The position numbers and the translations under genes were made by a program. Of a stretch of DNA of 64,000 bases, positions 36,862-46,367 are shown in pieces. The stretch is from a virus (lineage: Duplodnaviria > Caudoviricetes). A model generated the notes under the pieces. It had not been told where the DNA came from. It saw only the letters and a list, made by a program, of their open reading frames with translations, and searched no databases. The stretch lies in IMG/VR virus record IMGVR_UViG_3300012952_003952, positions 32,001 to 96,000 of that record; one strand, written 5' to 3'. How positions within the stretch are numbered: the first letter of the stretch is position 1; every line of letters begins with the position of its first letter.

Positions 36862-37243
36862 AAAGGAAGCTAGATTTCTTCCTAGAAAAACCAAGCTAGA
36901 CATGACTCATGTTGATAAAGGCTGGGGCTGGGAGAGGTGGATTTGTAATGGTCCAGAATATTGTGGAAAACTTTTATTTTTTAATGAAGGCAAACGTTGT
37001 TCTTGGCATGTGCATAGATTGAAAGATGAAGTCTTTTATCTTCAGTCTGGAAAGATGATGATATACTATTCAGAAGACGATGATCTAACCACCGCTAATC
37101 AACTAGTACTTCTTCCTGGCGAAAATTTTCATGTTTATCGAGGGCTAAGACATCAAATGGTCGCGCTAGAAGATAGCGAACTGTTCGAATTCTCAACTCA
37201 GCACTTTGATAGTGATAGCTACAGAATTATAAAGGGTGATTAA
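36848..37243 (+). CDS. Cupin sugar(-phosphate) isomerase (PMI/lyxose-isomerase-like)
   Basis: VDKGWGWE.W, CSWHVH..KDEVFY, RHQM..LEDS.LFEFST cupin metal motifs. Confidence 0.75.
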   Translation: MKVSEKEARFLPRKTKLDMTHVDKGWGWERWICNGPEYCGKLLFFNEGKRCSWHVHRLKDEVFYLQSGKMMIYYSEDDDLTTANQLVLLPGENFHVYRGLRHQMVALEDSELFEFSTQHFDSDSYRIIKGD

Positions 37244-37548
37244 TGATTTATTACGTAGATATCGATGAGACAATATGCGAATACGAAGAGGGAAAGAGAG
37301 AATATCCTCTAGCAAATCCAGTCAAAAAAAATATTAAAAAGATAAACAGCCTTTATGATGCTGGTCATACCATTGTGTATTGGACAGCTAGAGGAGCGAC
37401 TACGGGTATTGATTGGACAGACTTAACTTTAACCCAACTAAAAGAATGGGGAGCTAAATATACGGAAGCTAAATTGGGAAAACCCAATTATGATGTCTTT
37501 ATATGCGATAAGGCTATAAACACTTTAGATTTTTTTAATGGTGAATAA
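37243..37548 (+). CDS. Minimal HAD phosphatase (capsule-biosynthesis phosphatase-like)
   Basis: VDIDETIC (DxDxT), YWTARG, GKP..D.FICDKA. Confidence 0.8.
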   Translation: MIYYVDIDETICEYEEGKREYPLANPVKKNIKKINSLYDAGHTIVYWTARGATTGIDWTDLTLTQLKEWGAKYTEAKLGKPNYDVFICDKAINTLDFFNGE

Positions 37549-38583
37549 ATGAGAGTTTTAGTTACGGGTTCTGGAGGATTGATAGGTAGTGAAGCAGCCG
37601 AATATTTTTTAGCAGATCCTCAAAATATTGTCATGGGCATGGATAATAACATGCGTATGGTTTTCTTCGGACCAGGTGGAGACGTAAGCTCCACTATTCT
37701 AAGACTTTCAGCTTATAAAAATTATAGGCATAGAAATATTGACATAACAAATAAAACCTCAGTAGATGAAGCTATTTCATTGTTTGAGCCTGACCTTTTA
37801 ATTCACTGTGCCGCACAACCAAGCCATGATAAAGCTGCTGATATTCCTCATTTAGATTTTTCTGTTAACGCTAATGGAACTTTAAATCTTTTAGAATCAT
37901 TCAGAAATCACTGCAGTCCATCTTCTGTTTTTATACAAGTCAGTACTAATAAAGTTTATGGTGACGGCCCTAATCACCTTAATTTAATAGAGGGTCAAAC
38001 AAGATATGATTTTGCCGATGAAAAATATAAGAATGGCATAGCTGAAGATTTTTCTATTGATAATTGTCTGCACTCTCTTTTTGGGGCCTCTAAGGTTGCT
38101 GGAGACATTCTAGCTCAAGAGTATGGTAGATATTTTGGTTTAAATGTCGGAATCTTCAGAGGAGGCTGTCTGACCGGTCCGCAACATGCTGGGGTAGAGC
38201 TTCACGGTTTCCTTTCTTACATTATAAAATGTGCAAAATCTGAAAAGCCATACACTATTTTTGGGTATAAGGGAAAACAAGTTCGAGACCAAATTCATTG
38301 TTATGATGTCGTTAGAGCTTTTGAAGAATTTGCAGCCAATCCACGTCAAGGAGAAGTCTATAACTTAGGTGGTGGAGTCAAAAATAGTGCTTCTGTTTTA
38401 GAGATAATAAATCTAATACAAGAGGTGTCAGGAGACGAATTAAACTATTCGCTTTCAGAAAAAGCTAGAATAGGCGACCATATTTGCTATTATACCGACA
38501 TGTCTAAATTTAAATCTCATTATCCTTCTTGGTCTATGAAATATGATTTGAATACGATAGTAGAGGAAATGGTAAATGGATAA
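37549..38583 (+). CDS. NDP-sugar epimerase, CDP-paratose 2-epimerase (RfbE)-like
   Basis: VTGSGGLIG, HCAAQPSHD, STNKVYGD, SLFGASK, RGGCLTGP.HAGVELHGFLSY, GKQVRDQIH. Confidence 0.8.
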   Translation: MRVLVTGSGGLIGSEAAEYFLADPQNIVMGMDNNMRMVFFGPGGDVSSTILRLSAYKNYRHRNIDITNKTSVDEAISLFEPDLLIHCAAQPSHDKAADIPHLDFSVNANGTLNLLESFRNHCSPSSVFIQVSTNKVYGDGPNHLNLIEGQTRYDFADEKYKNGIAEDFSIDNCLHSLFGASKVAGDILAQEYGRYFGLNVGIFRGGCLTGPQHAGVELHGFLSYIIKCAKSEKPYTIFGYKGKQVRDQIHCYDVVRAFEEFAANPRQGEVYNLGGGVKNSASVLEIINLIQEVSGDELNYSLSEKARIGDHICYYTDMSKFKSHYPSWSMKYDLNTIVEEMVNG

Positions 38584-39673
38584 GTGCAAAACTTTAGAGT
38601 TTGATAAATTTAAAGGCTTATCTGAAATTTACGAAGAAATTTGGGGATCTCGAGAAAGTCGCTCTCTTTCCAGGAATAGAAAAATAGAGTTTTTAAAAGT
38701 AATCTATCCTAAAGTTACAATGATGGCACTCATGGAAAACCATGGTGGCTTCTGCCCACCTACGGGAAACTATTCAGAATCAGATTTAGATTTAATTTTA
38801 CAAAAGCTTGAATCATATCCATTTCGATTAGCTGAAAATTTAGATTACGTTATAGATTTTGGCTCTGGTTTAGGCGCTTATTCAACTGCAGCTATAGAGC
38901 TCGGGATAGCAAAAAATATTTTAATGCTAGATGGAAGCAAGAAAGCTTTAGATGCATATGAAGATAGGCTGATAAAAACTGAAAATTTATTACTTTCACC
39001 AGAAAAAATAATTTCTAAAGTTACTAAATGCCACGTAAATTTAAACTATTTGGATTCCCTGATAGAGTTTTCAGGTTATAATAAAGCGGATCTAGTTTTT
39101 TCTAGATACGTTTTAATGCACACTGCAAACCCATTTTTATCAATATACAACATGACTCGTTTGTGTAAGTTAGGTGGAACAATTGCGTTTAATATCTTTT
39201 TGCCACAAGCAGTTCCTCCAGTAGTTAGAGAAGAAAGAATTTTTACTAAGCAGATATTGATTGAAAAAAAGTTAGAAGTTTTAAATAGCTTAGGAAAATT
39301 ACACGATTCAGATAAAAAATGCACTATAGAAGATTTTTTATCGAAAAAAGCTCTACCAGATTCATCATTCGACAAAATAAGAGATTTCTATAACAAATAT
39401 TTGATTCCAAAATATGGAATTGATTTAGTAGAAACTAAGTGCTTTCATGCAGAAAACTCAACCACTCCGTATATCCACACACCTAGCAAAGATTGTTTAG
39501 AACATTTTTTGTATGAAACCATGAAACTTCTTCCCCGCGATTCCCCAATAAAGTCATCTTCAGAGCCTGGAGTTCCAGAAGCAGAATATTGGGGATCTTT
39601 TAAAGTTACTGAAGAAACTTTAAAAACAACAGAAGATCAAATTCCAACTATAGAAATTGGTGCACCATTTTAG
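38576..39673 (+). CDS. Class I SAM-dependent methyltransferase
   Basis: VIDFGSGLG, ADLVFSRYVLMH...LCKLGG. Confidence 0.75.
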   Translation: MDKCKTLEFDKFKGLSEIYEEIWGSRESRSLSRNRKIEFLKVIYPKVTMMALMENHGGFCPPTGNYSESDLDLILQKLESYPFRLAENLDYVIDFGSGLGAYSTAAIELGIAKNILMLDGSKKALDAYEDRLIKTENLLLSPEKIISKVTKCHVNLNYLDSLIEFSGYNKADLVFSRYVLMHTANPFLSIYNMTRLCKLGGTIAFNIFLPQAVPPVVREERIFTKQILIEKKLEVLNSLGKLHDSDKKCTIEDFLSKKALPDSSFDKIRDFYNKYLIPKYGIDLVETKCFHAENSTTPYIHTPSKDCLEHFLYETMKLLPRDSPIKSSSEPGVPEAEYWGSFKVTEETLKTTEDQIPTIEIGAPF

Positions 39674-39762
39674 CCACTCTTCGAACAAGAAGATAAAAAA
39701 AGTTTTAACTCGAGCACATTTATGAATAAGTTTTTTAATAAAATTATAGACCTGAGAGAAAC

Positions 39763-40788
39763 ATGACCGATTTACCAAAAGTATCTGTTGGCTTTGTTAA
39801 TTGCAATAGACTTCACTATCTTAAAAGTTGTGTAGAGTCTTTTTTATATTGCACGCAAGAATACAATAACAAAGAACTTATAATCATAGACAATAATTCA
39901 GTAGAAGAAGGCACAGAAGAGTATCTGGCAGAAAAAGAAAGCCAGGGATTTATGATAATACGAAAAGACTATCGAGATCCTTCTAATGAATTTGCCACCG
40001 CGCTAAATGAAATAGTTAAGGTTTCTACTGGAGACTATGTAGCAATACTTCAGGGAGATATGCAATTTATCCTAAAGGGAAAATGGCTTCAAGATTACGT
40101 GTCTTTAATGACAATGCATAGTCTTCAAATTGGATGCATCTCTTTCGATGCGCAAAGAAAAGTAACTCATAACGCAAATCAGCTTTCTACACCAATTACA
40201 ATAAACGAAAAATTTAATTTTGTCGCTGATTTAAGTCGTCCCCCGCTGGCAGGAGCTGCAGACGCTTTCTATTCTAGAGAAGTTTTAGAAAAGATATTTC
40301 CTTGGGAAACTAAAAACTCTAGCCACGAAGGTTCCGATGATTCAGAAACTAAAATGCTCCAAAAAGTAGCAGCGCTAGTTTATAGAAATAAACTTAAATG
40401 GAAAACGATACTCCCAGTTATGCCAGTCGCTGCAGCAATCTATACAGATCCTCGAGGAACTAATGCTAGAGTTAGAGGAAATCGTCGATATGGAGTCTAT
40501 TGGCCTCCAAAATCTGATTTTAGATATTACGAAATTTTAGACTACGATCAATTAGCAGGTGATCAAAAAATGCTCAGGGAAAATCCATGGAGTATTGAAG
40601 AAGTAATTAAGCCGATTGGTTTTCATGCGCCAATAGATCAAAATGGATCTTGGTTAAAGAATCCAATCCGACCAGAAACAGCTCAGCCTGGTGACTGGGT
40701 AGAACTAGACTATTTTGATTATTCTAAAACTGATCCTCTTACGACGAGCGAAGAAGATAAATTTTTAGAAGAATGGCTAAACAGTTAA
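39763..40788 (+). CDS. Glycosyltransferase family 2
   Basis: VSVGFVNCNR..YL..C.ES, IIIDNNS..GT, STGDYV.ILQGD. Confidence 0.8.
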   Translation: MTDLPKVSVGFVNCNRLHYLKSCVESFLYCTQEYNNKELIIIDNNSVEEGTEEYLAEKESQGFMIIRKDYRDPSNEFATALNEIVKVSTGDYVAILQGDMQFILKGKWLQDYVSLMTMHSLQIGCISFDAQRKVTHNANQLSTPITINEKFNFVADLSRPPLAGAADAFYSREVLEKIFPWETKNSSHEGSDDSETKMLQKVAALVYRNKLKWKTILPVMPVAAAIYTDPRGTNARVRGNRRYGVYWPPKSDFRYYEILDYDQLAGDQKMLRENPWSIEEVIKPIGFHAPIDQNGSWLKNPIRPETAQPGDWVELDYFDYSKTDPLTTSEEDKFLEEWLNS

Positions 40789-40802
40789 ATTTGGAGTTTT
40801 AA

Positions 40803-42440
40803 ATGAAGATAGCAGGACTTTGGTCAGGACACGACTGTTCTTTTTGCGTTTTAGAAGATGGAAAACCAGTAATTCACGCAGAATACGAAAGATACAATAG
40901 AGAGAAGTCACCACCGGGAGATTCAGCAAATTTTATGTTTGAGCGGTACCCTGAGTGGCCCTCAATAACTCATTATGCTTCTGTATATCCAAAAAAGAAG
41001 CTTGCCGAAAGAGAAGTATCTTTTTCAGTTCTAAAAAATCACGTTGAAGCCAACGGAGGAGAGCTTTATTTTTGCTCTCACCACAAAGCCCATGCCGCAA
41101 ACGCTTTTTATTCTAGTAACTTTGAAAAATCTATAATCGTTACTATGGATGGTGGTGGAGTAGAAGACGACCGAGGTGGAGAATCTGCATGCTCTATTTG
41201 GAGAGGAGATGGAACAGAATTAAAACACCTCAAAACTTTCCGGCCGCAAGAAATTAATATTGGCGGAGTTTGGACCCGAGTAACTAGATATGTTTTCAAA
41301 CTACAAAACGGCTGGCCTCGAGGAGGACAAGAAGGTTCCATTATGGCAATGGCTGCATTCGGAGATCCGGAACCCTGGAAAGAAGATTGTTGGAATTGGC
41401 TAACTAAAGACAAAATGTCAGCAGGTTTTAAGCCGCCGACCCAACCAATTGGAGCTACTTCTGACAAAGATCCAACTCACCCGTATTTAGAGCCGTGGGC
41501 AGCTCATGCTAGAATATCGGAGCAGAATCGATTTGATATAGCTGCAGGTTTACAAGATGCCACTGAAGCACTCATAAGACAGATTATTGAATATGCCTTA
41601 AGCTTCGATGCAGACATTGACTCTATTTGCTTAGCAGGTGGAGTAACATTAAACTCTGTTGCGATGGGTAAACTACTAAAATGGTTTCCAAAATTAAAAA
41701 GAGTTTATATACCTCCGGTGCCCTATGACGGTGGTCTTTGCATAGGCGCTGCTCAGGTATTGTGGCATGAAAAGTTAGGTAACCCAAGAATTACTTGGGA
41801 GCATAATTTTACTCCCTATCTAGGAGAAGCCTGGACAGAAGATCATTTTAAGCAAGTTCTAGAAGATCGAAAAGAAGAAATCGAAGTGTCAGATTCTAGC
41901 ACCGAAGATGTTGTTTCTAAACTAAAGGATGGAAACATTGTTTCAGTTTTCAATGGTGCTTCAGAATCAGGTCGCAGAGCTTTAGGAAATAGAAGTATTC
42001 TCGTAGATCCCAGGTCTTCAACCATGAAAGATACTATCAACGAAAAAGTAAAACACCGTCAATGGTATCGTCCATTTGCTCCATCCATACTAGAGTCCGA
42101 AGCTAGAGATTGGTTCGAAGATTACCAAGAAAGTCCATACATGCAGTTTGTTTTAAAGTTCAAAGAAGATAAAGTAGATTTAGTACCTGCAGTAGTCCAT
42201 TTAGACGGAACTGCGCGACTCCAAACAGTTAGAGAAACTGACAACAAGTGGTACTATGATTTTCTAAAAGCTTGGCAAAAAGATACTGGGATTCCAATTA
42301 TACTCAATACTAGTTTTAATGATAGGGAACCTATTTGCGAAAATGTAGAGCATGCTCTAAACTGCTTTTTAGGAACTAATATAGATTACCTCTATTTTCC
42401 AGAGTATAAAAAGATATTGAAGAGAAAGGAAACAGAATAA
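40803..42440 (+). CDS. Carbamoyltransferase (NodU/CmcH/TobZ family)
   Basis: GHDCS, HHKAHAA.AFY.S.F, MDGGG, LAGGV.LN, E.GRRALGNRSIL, K.RQWYRPFAPS, H.DGTARLQTV, LNTSFN. Confidence 0.93.
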   Translation: MKIAGLWSGHDCSFCVLEDGKPVIHAEYERYNREKSPPGDSANFMFERYPEWPSITHYASVYPKKKLAEREVSFSVLKNHVEANGGELYFCSHHKAHAANAFYSSNFEKSIIVTMDGGGVEDDRGGESACSIWRGDGTELKHLKTFRPQEINIGGVWTRVTRYVFKLQNGWPRGGQEGSIMAMAAFGDPEPWKEDCWNWLTKDKMSAGFKPPTQPIGATSDKDPTHPYLEPWAAHARISEQNRFDIAAGLQDATEALIRQIIEYALSFDADIDSICLAGGVTLNSVAMGKLLKWFPKLKRVYIPPVPYDGGLCIGAAQVLWHEKLGNPRITWEHNFTPYLGEAWTEDHFKQVLEDRKEEIEVSDSSTEDVVSKLKDGNIVSVFNGASESGRRALGNRSILVDPRSSTMKDTINEKVKHRQWYRPFAPSILESEARDWFEDYQESPYMQFVLKFKEDKVDLVPAVVHLDGTARLQTVRETDNKWYYDFLKAWQKDTGIPIILNTSFNDREPICENVEHALNCFLGTNIDYLYFPEYKKILKRKETE

Positions 42441-43291
42441 TGCGAAAAACTATTGGCATCATCGGCCAAGGATTCGTAGGATCTTCTGTTAAAGAAGGGC
42501 TAAAAAATTCTTACGAAATAGAAACTTATGATTTAATTTCTGATAAATCAACTGTAGAGTCAGTTGGAGAATTAGTTTGGAAATCTGACGTCATTTTTGT
42601 TTGTTTGCCGACGCCAATGAGAAAAGATGGAAGCTGTGATACTAGAATTATCGAAGGCGCTCTAAGAGAAATAGATAACTGCTTATCAGAAATGGGAAAA
42701 AGCAAATTATTGATTACTAAGTCTACTGTCCCACCAAACACTCACAATGATTGGAGCAGTAAGTACGAAAATTTGAATCTTGTATTTAATCCTGAATTTC
42801 TCACCGAAGCAAATGCTGCAGAAGATTTTAAAAATCAAAATAGAATAGTTTTAGGCGGCCACCCATCTAATTGTAGCGAAGCTCAAGAGATGTTTTCCAA
42901 AGTTTTTCCGAACGTTGATTATTTCTGCACAACTTTTGTTACTTCTGAACTAATAAAATATTTCATCAACTGCTTTCTTGCGACTAAAGTATCCTTTGCA
43001 AATGAATTTTATCAAATATGCGATTCACTAAATGCTGATTATTCAAGAGTAGTAGATGGAGCCTTATTAGATAAAAGAATAGGGACATCTCATTTAAGCG
43101 TTCCTGGACCAGATGGAGATTTTGGATTTGGCGGCCACTGTTTTCCGAAAGATCTTAACGCAATGATATATACGGCTAGTACCCTTGACATCTTTCCAAC
43201 TGTTTTAAAAGCTGCTAAAGCTAAAAATTCAGAAGTTAGAAACAACAAAGACTGGGAATTGATGAAAGGACGAGCAGTAAGTGATGATTGA
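42440..43291 (+). CDS. UDP-glucose/GDP-mannose dehydrogenase family, lacking the C-terminal domain
   Basis: IGQGFVG, KSTVPP, FNPEFLTE, GFGGHCFPKD; only 283 aa. Confidence 0.85.
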   Translation: MRKTIGIIGQGFVGSSVKEGLKNSYEIETYDLISDKSTVESVGELVWKSDVIFVCLPTPMRKDGSCDTRIIEGALREIDNCLSEMGKSKLLITKSTVPPNTHNDWSSKYENLNLVFNPEFLTEANAAEDFKNQNRIVLGGHPSNCSEAQEMFSKVFPNVDYFCTTFVTSELIKYFINCFLATKVSFANEFYQICDSLNADYSRVVDGALLDKRIGTSHLSVPGPDGDFGFGGHCFPKDLNAMIYTASTLDIFPTVLKAAKAKNSEVRNNKDWELMKGRAVSDD

Positions 43292-44174
43292 TAAAGATAA
43301 GAAAATTTTAGTAACTGGCGGTCTTGGATTTGTAGGTTCTAATTTAGTAGATGAACTAATTTCTTTTGGCTGTAAAGATATTACTGTTATAGACGATCTT
43401 TCTTCTGAGTCTTCATCTTCGTCATACATGAGAAGTGGCGTAAAATATTTCGAAAGAGATATTGTTGATTTACCTATCATGGAAAAAGAATTAAAAAACT
43501 TTGACGTTGTTTTTCATCTTGCTGCTTTAGCCAGGTTGCAACCTTCATTTTCAGACCCGACAAGATATTTTCAAGTCAACTCATTAGCTACTTTTTATCT
43601 TTTAGATTATTTAAGAAGAAATAATCCTGAAGCCAAGGTTGTTTACGCGGGTTCTAGCACCGCGTTTGGTGGAACACTTTTAAACCCGTATGCTTTTGCA
43701 AAACACACGGGTGAAGATATCTGCAGGCTATTTTCTAAAAATTATGACATGAACACTGCTGTTGCTAGATTTTTTAATGTTTATGGCCCACGCCAGCCGA
43801 TTACTGGAGAGTGGGCTACTGTTATAGGAAAATTTGAGCAACAGTATCTCAACGGAGAACCTTTGACTGTCGTAGGAGATGGAACTCAAAAAAGAGACTT
43901 CACACATATTTCAGATATAATTTCCGGATTAATATGTTTAGCTAACGGAAATCACAAAGGAGAAATATTTTCTCTCGGAACCGGTCAGAATTACCCTCTA
44001 TTTGAAGTAGCGTTTGCGTTTAAGGATAATATTAAGTTTATTCCTCCAAGACCAGGAGAGGCCAAAGAGACCCTTGCAGATATATCAGCTATGACAAACG
44101 CTACAGACTGGAAGCCTGAATCTAATTTAATGGAATACATAGCTAAATTTAAAAAAGAGAATCTATACAATTAG
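43281..44174 (+). CDS. NAD-dependent epimerase/dehydratase (GalE/WbpP-like)
   Basis: VTGGLGFVGS, HLAALAR, NPYAFAK, RFFNVYGPRQ, RDFTHI. Confidence 0.88.
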   Translation: MMIDKDKKILVTGGLGFVGSNLVDELISFGCKDITVIDDLSSESSSSSYMRSGVKYFERDIVDLPIMEKELKNFDVVFHLAALARLQPSFSDPTRYFQVNSLATFYLLDYLRRNNPEAKVVYAGSSTAFGGTLLNPYAFAKHTGEDICRLFSKNYDMNTAVARFFNVYGPRQPITGEWATVIGKFEQQYLNGEPLTVVGDGTQKRDFTHISDIISGLICLANGNHKGEIFSLGTGQNYPLFEVAFAFKDNIKFIPPRPGEAKETLADISAMTNATDWKPESNLMEYIAKFKKENLYN

Positions 44175-44200
44175 CCACTCTGTATATAAGATTTTATATA

Positions 44201-45022
44201 ATGAGTTTTCCAACCGAAAAGCCGCATATTTCTTATTCAGAAGTCAAGAATTGGAAAGAATGCCCATACAGACATAAGCTAGCCTATATAGACAAGATTG
44301 ATTTAGGATCTCCTTCTCCTTATTTAGATTTTGGAACTAACGTCCACGAAGGATGTGAAAGTTTTTTAAATAGTGGGACCATCCCTAGAGAAAAACTTTT
44401 AACCAATATTAGAGACGCTTGGAAAAAGCACGGATTCGACAACCCAGAATGGTATGAAAAAATGCCAAAATGGTATAAGCACGTTCCAGTAGATGAATGG
44501 TGCGAATGGGCTTCTAATATGTGGGATGATGTTCCAAGCTTTTTAGATAAAGAATTTCCAGGTTGGGAGCGCGTTAGTGCTGAAGAAATGCTTTATGAAG
44601 AAATAGAAAATCATGACGTGAAATTCAAGGGTTTCATAGATGCTATTATTAAAGTGCCTAGAAAAAATGGGACATACAAATACTGGATTATTGATTGGAA
44701 AACTGCAAAATCTTATGGCTGGGATAAACGTAAAAGCCGTGATTTTATGATGCAAGCCCAACTTGTTTTGTATAAACATTATTGGGCAACTAAAAATAAT
44801 ATTCCATTCAAAGATGTTGGTTGCGCTTTTGTGCTTTTAAAACGAGGCGGAAAACCAGGAAATATGTGCGGAATACTAAAAGTTTCAGCCGGTCCAAAAG
44901 CGCTAGAACAAGCTAACAAGATGGTTAATAGCATGATAAAAAACGTGTACAGAGGATTTTTTGTTAAAAATAGAATGAGCTGTACTTTTTGCGATTACAA
45001 AGATACAGAGCATTGTACTTAA
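44201..45022 (+). CDS. PD-(D/E)XK nuclease, Cas4/AddB-like with an Fe-S staple
   Basis: ISYS....W..CP, FKGFIDAII...IIDWKT, QL..Y, C-terminal CTFCDY....C. Confidence 0.88.
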   Translation: MSFPTEKPHISYSEVKNWKECPYRHKLAYIDKIDLGSPSPYLDFGTNVHEGCESFLNSGTIPREKLLTNIRDAWKKHGFDNPEWYEKMPKWYKHVPVDEWCEWASNMWDDVPSFLDKEFPGWERVSAEEMLYEEIENHDVKFKGFIDAIIKVPRKNGTYKYWIIDWKTAKSYGWDKRKSRDFMMQAQLVLYKHYWATKNNIPFKDVGCAFVLLKRGGKPGNMCGILKVSAGPKALEQANKMVNSMIKNVYRGFFVKNRMSCTFCDYKDTEHCT

Positions 45023-45043
45023 CAAATTACGATAAAGTTGCAT

Positions 45044-45072
45044 GGGCCATTTTTACCGAGTGGCCCTTTTTT
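45044..45072 (+). terminator. Intrinsic terminator
   Basis: GGGCCA / TGGCCC stem (45044-45066) followed by six T, 22 nt after the nuclease stop. Confidence 0.7.
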
Positions 45073-45110
45073 ATTAAAATAGATTAGTCTGGAAGAGGTT
45101 TTAACATCAG

Positions 45111-46367
45111 ATGAAAAAGAAAAAGAAAATATTACTATTATCTGACCACGCTCTAAGCACGTCAGGTGTAGGTACTCAAAGTAGACATTTAATAAATGGT
45201 TTGATGACTAAGTATCCGGGTGAGTGGAGCGTGAGGCAATTTGGAGCGGCTATAAAACATGAAAATTATGATGTAGTCCAAGTTACTGAAGACTTCATTA
45301 TAAAGCCAATAGACGGCTTCGGCAATCCAGATATGATCAGGTTAGCTTTAATTACAGAAAAGCCAGATATATTAATGTTGTTTACAGATCCTCGTTTTTT
45401 CGTGTGGCTCTGGGAAATGGAAGATGAAATTCATCAAATTTGCCCGATTGTTTACTGGCATGTGTGGGACAATTACCCATATCCAGATTTTAACACTCCG
45501 TTTTATGAATCAACAGATTTAATAAATTGCCACTCTCATCTAACTTATGAGATGGTAAGTGAAAAATTTCCGGAAAAAACTAATTTTGTTCCTCACGCAC
45601 TTCCGCCTGATTTGTTCTTCCCATTACCTAAAGAAGAAAAATTAAATCTAAAAGAACAAGCTCTTGGAAAAGATAAGAAAGACGACTTTGTCGTATTTTG
45701 GATGAATAGAAATGCTAGAAGAAAAAGAACAAATGATGTTTTAGAAGCTTGGAGCATTTTTGTTAAAAACCTTGAAGAAAAACATGGCAAACGCGACGTA
45801 ACTCTTTTAATGCATACAGACCCCAACGATAACGAAGGTCCAAACCTATACTCTACTGCTGATTTATTTGGAATACAAGACACCGTAATGTTTTCTACAC
45901 ATAGAGTTGGGTTTGAGCAAATAAACATGATGCATAACATATCGGATGCGTGCTTGAATATAAGTTACGCCGAAGGTTTTGGGTTGGCTACTTTAGAGGC
46001 CATGCAAGCTGGAACTCCTATCATAGCTCAAAAAACCGGTGGCTTAACTAGGCAAGTTGTTGATCACCGTGACGGTAGTGAAAATGGAGTTGCTCTAGAC
46101 GTAGATTTAAGAACTCTTGTAGGCTCTCAACAAGTTCCATACATTTACGAAGATTATTGTTCTAACGAAAACATTGCAGAGGCAATAATGAAATTGTATG
46201 AAAAAACACCAGAAGAAAAAGAAGAGCTATCTCAAAAAGTTTTAGATTATGTCAATTCAGAATTTTCTTTTGATAAAACGATAGAGCTTTGGCATGAAAC
46301 TTTAGTTGAAACTTTAGAAAATTGGGAAACAAGAAGAGACCGTAAATTCTTAGGAGAAATAAAGTGA
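45111..46367 (+). CDS. Glycosyltransferase family 4
   Basis: SDHALSTSGVG, NRNARRK, EGFGLATLEAMQAGTPII. Confidence 0.9.
   Translation: MKKKKKILLLSDHALSTSGVGTQSRHLINGLMTKYPGEWSVRQFGAAIKHENYDVVQVTEDFIIKPIDGFGNPDMIRLALITEKPDILMLFTDPRFFVWLWEMEDEIHQICPIVYWHVWDNYPYPDFNTPFYESTDLINCHSHLTYEMVSEKFPEKTNFVPHALPPDLFFPLPKEEKLNLKEQALGKDKKDDFVVFWMNRNARRKRTNDVLEAWSIFVKNLEEKHGKRDVTLLMHTDPNDNEGPNLYSTADLFGIQDTVMFSTHRVGFEQINMMHNISDACLNISYAEGFGLATLEAMQAGTPIIAQKTGGLTRQVVDHRDGSENGVALDVDLRTLVGSQQVPYIYEDYCSNENIAEAIMKLYEKTPEEKEELSQKVLDYVNSEFSFDKTIELWHETLVETLENWETRRDRKFLGEIK

Noticed and set aside
11397-44174. Ordinary bacterial O-antigen/capsule locus
   Set aside because: No wzx/wzy/wzz, ABC exporter or initiating transferase is visible, and it is flanked by fibre, gp55-like sigma and baseplate genes. 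This is not fully excluded without flanking sequence.
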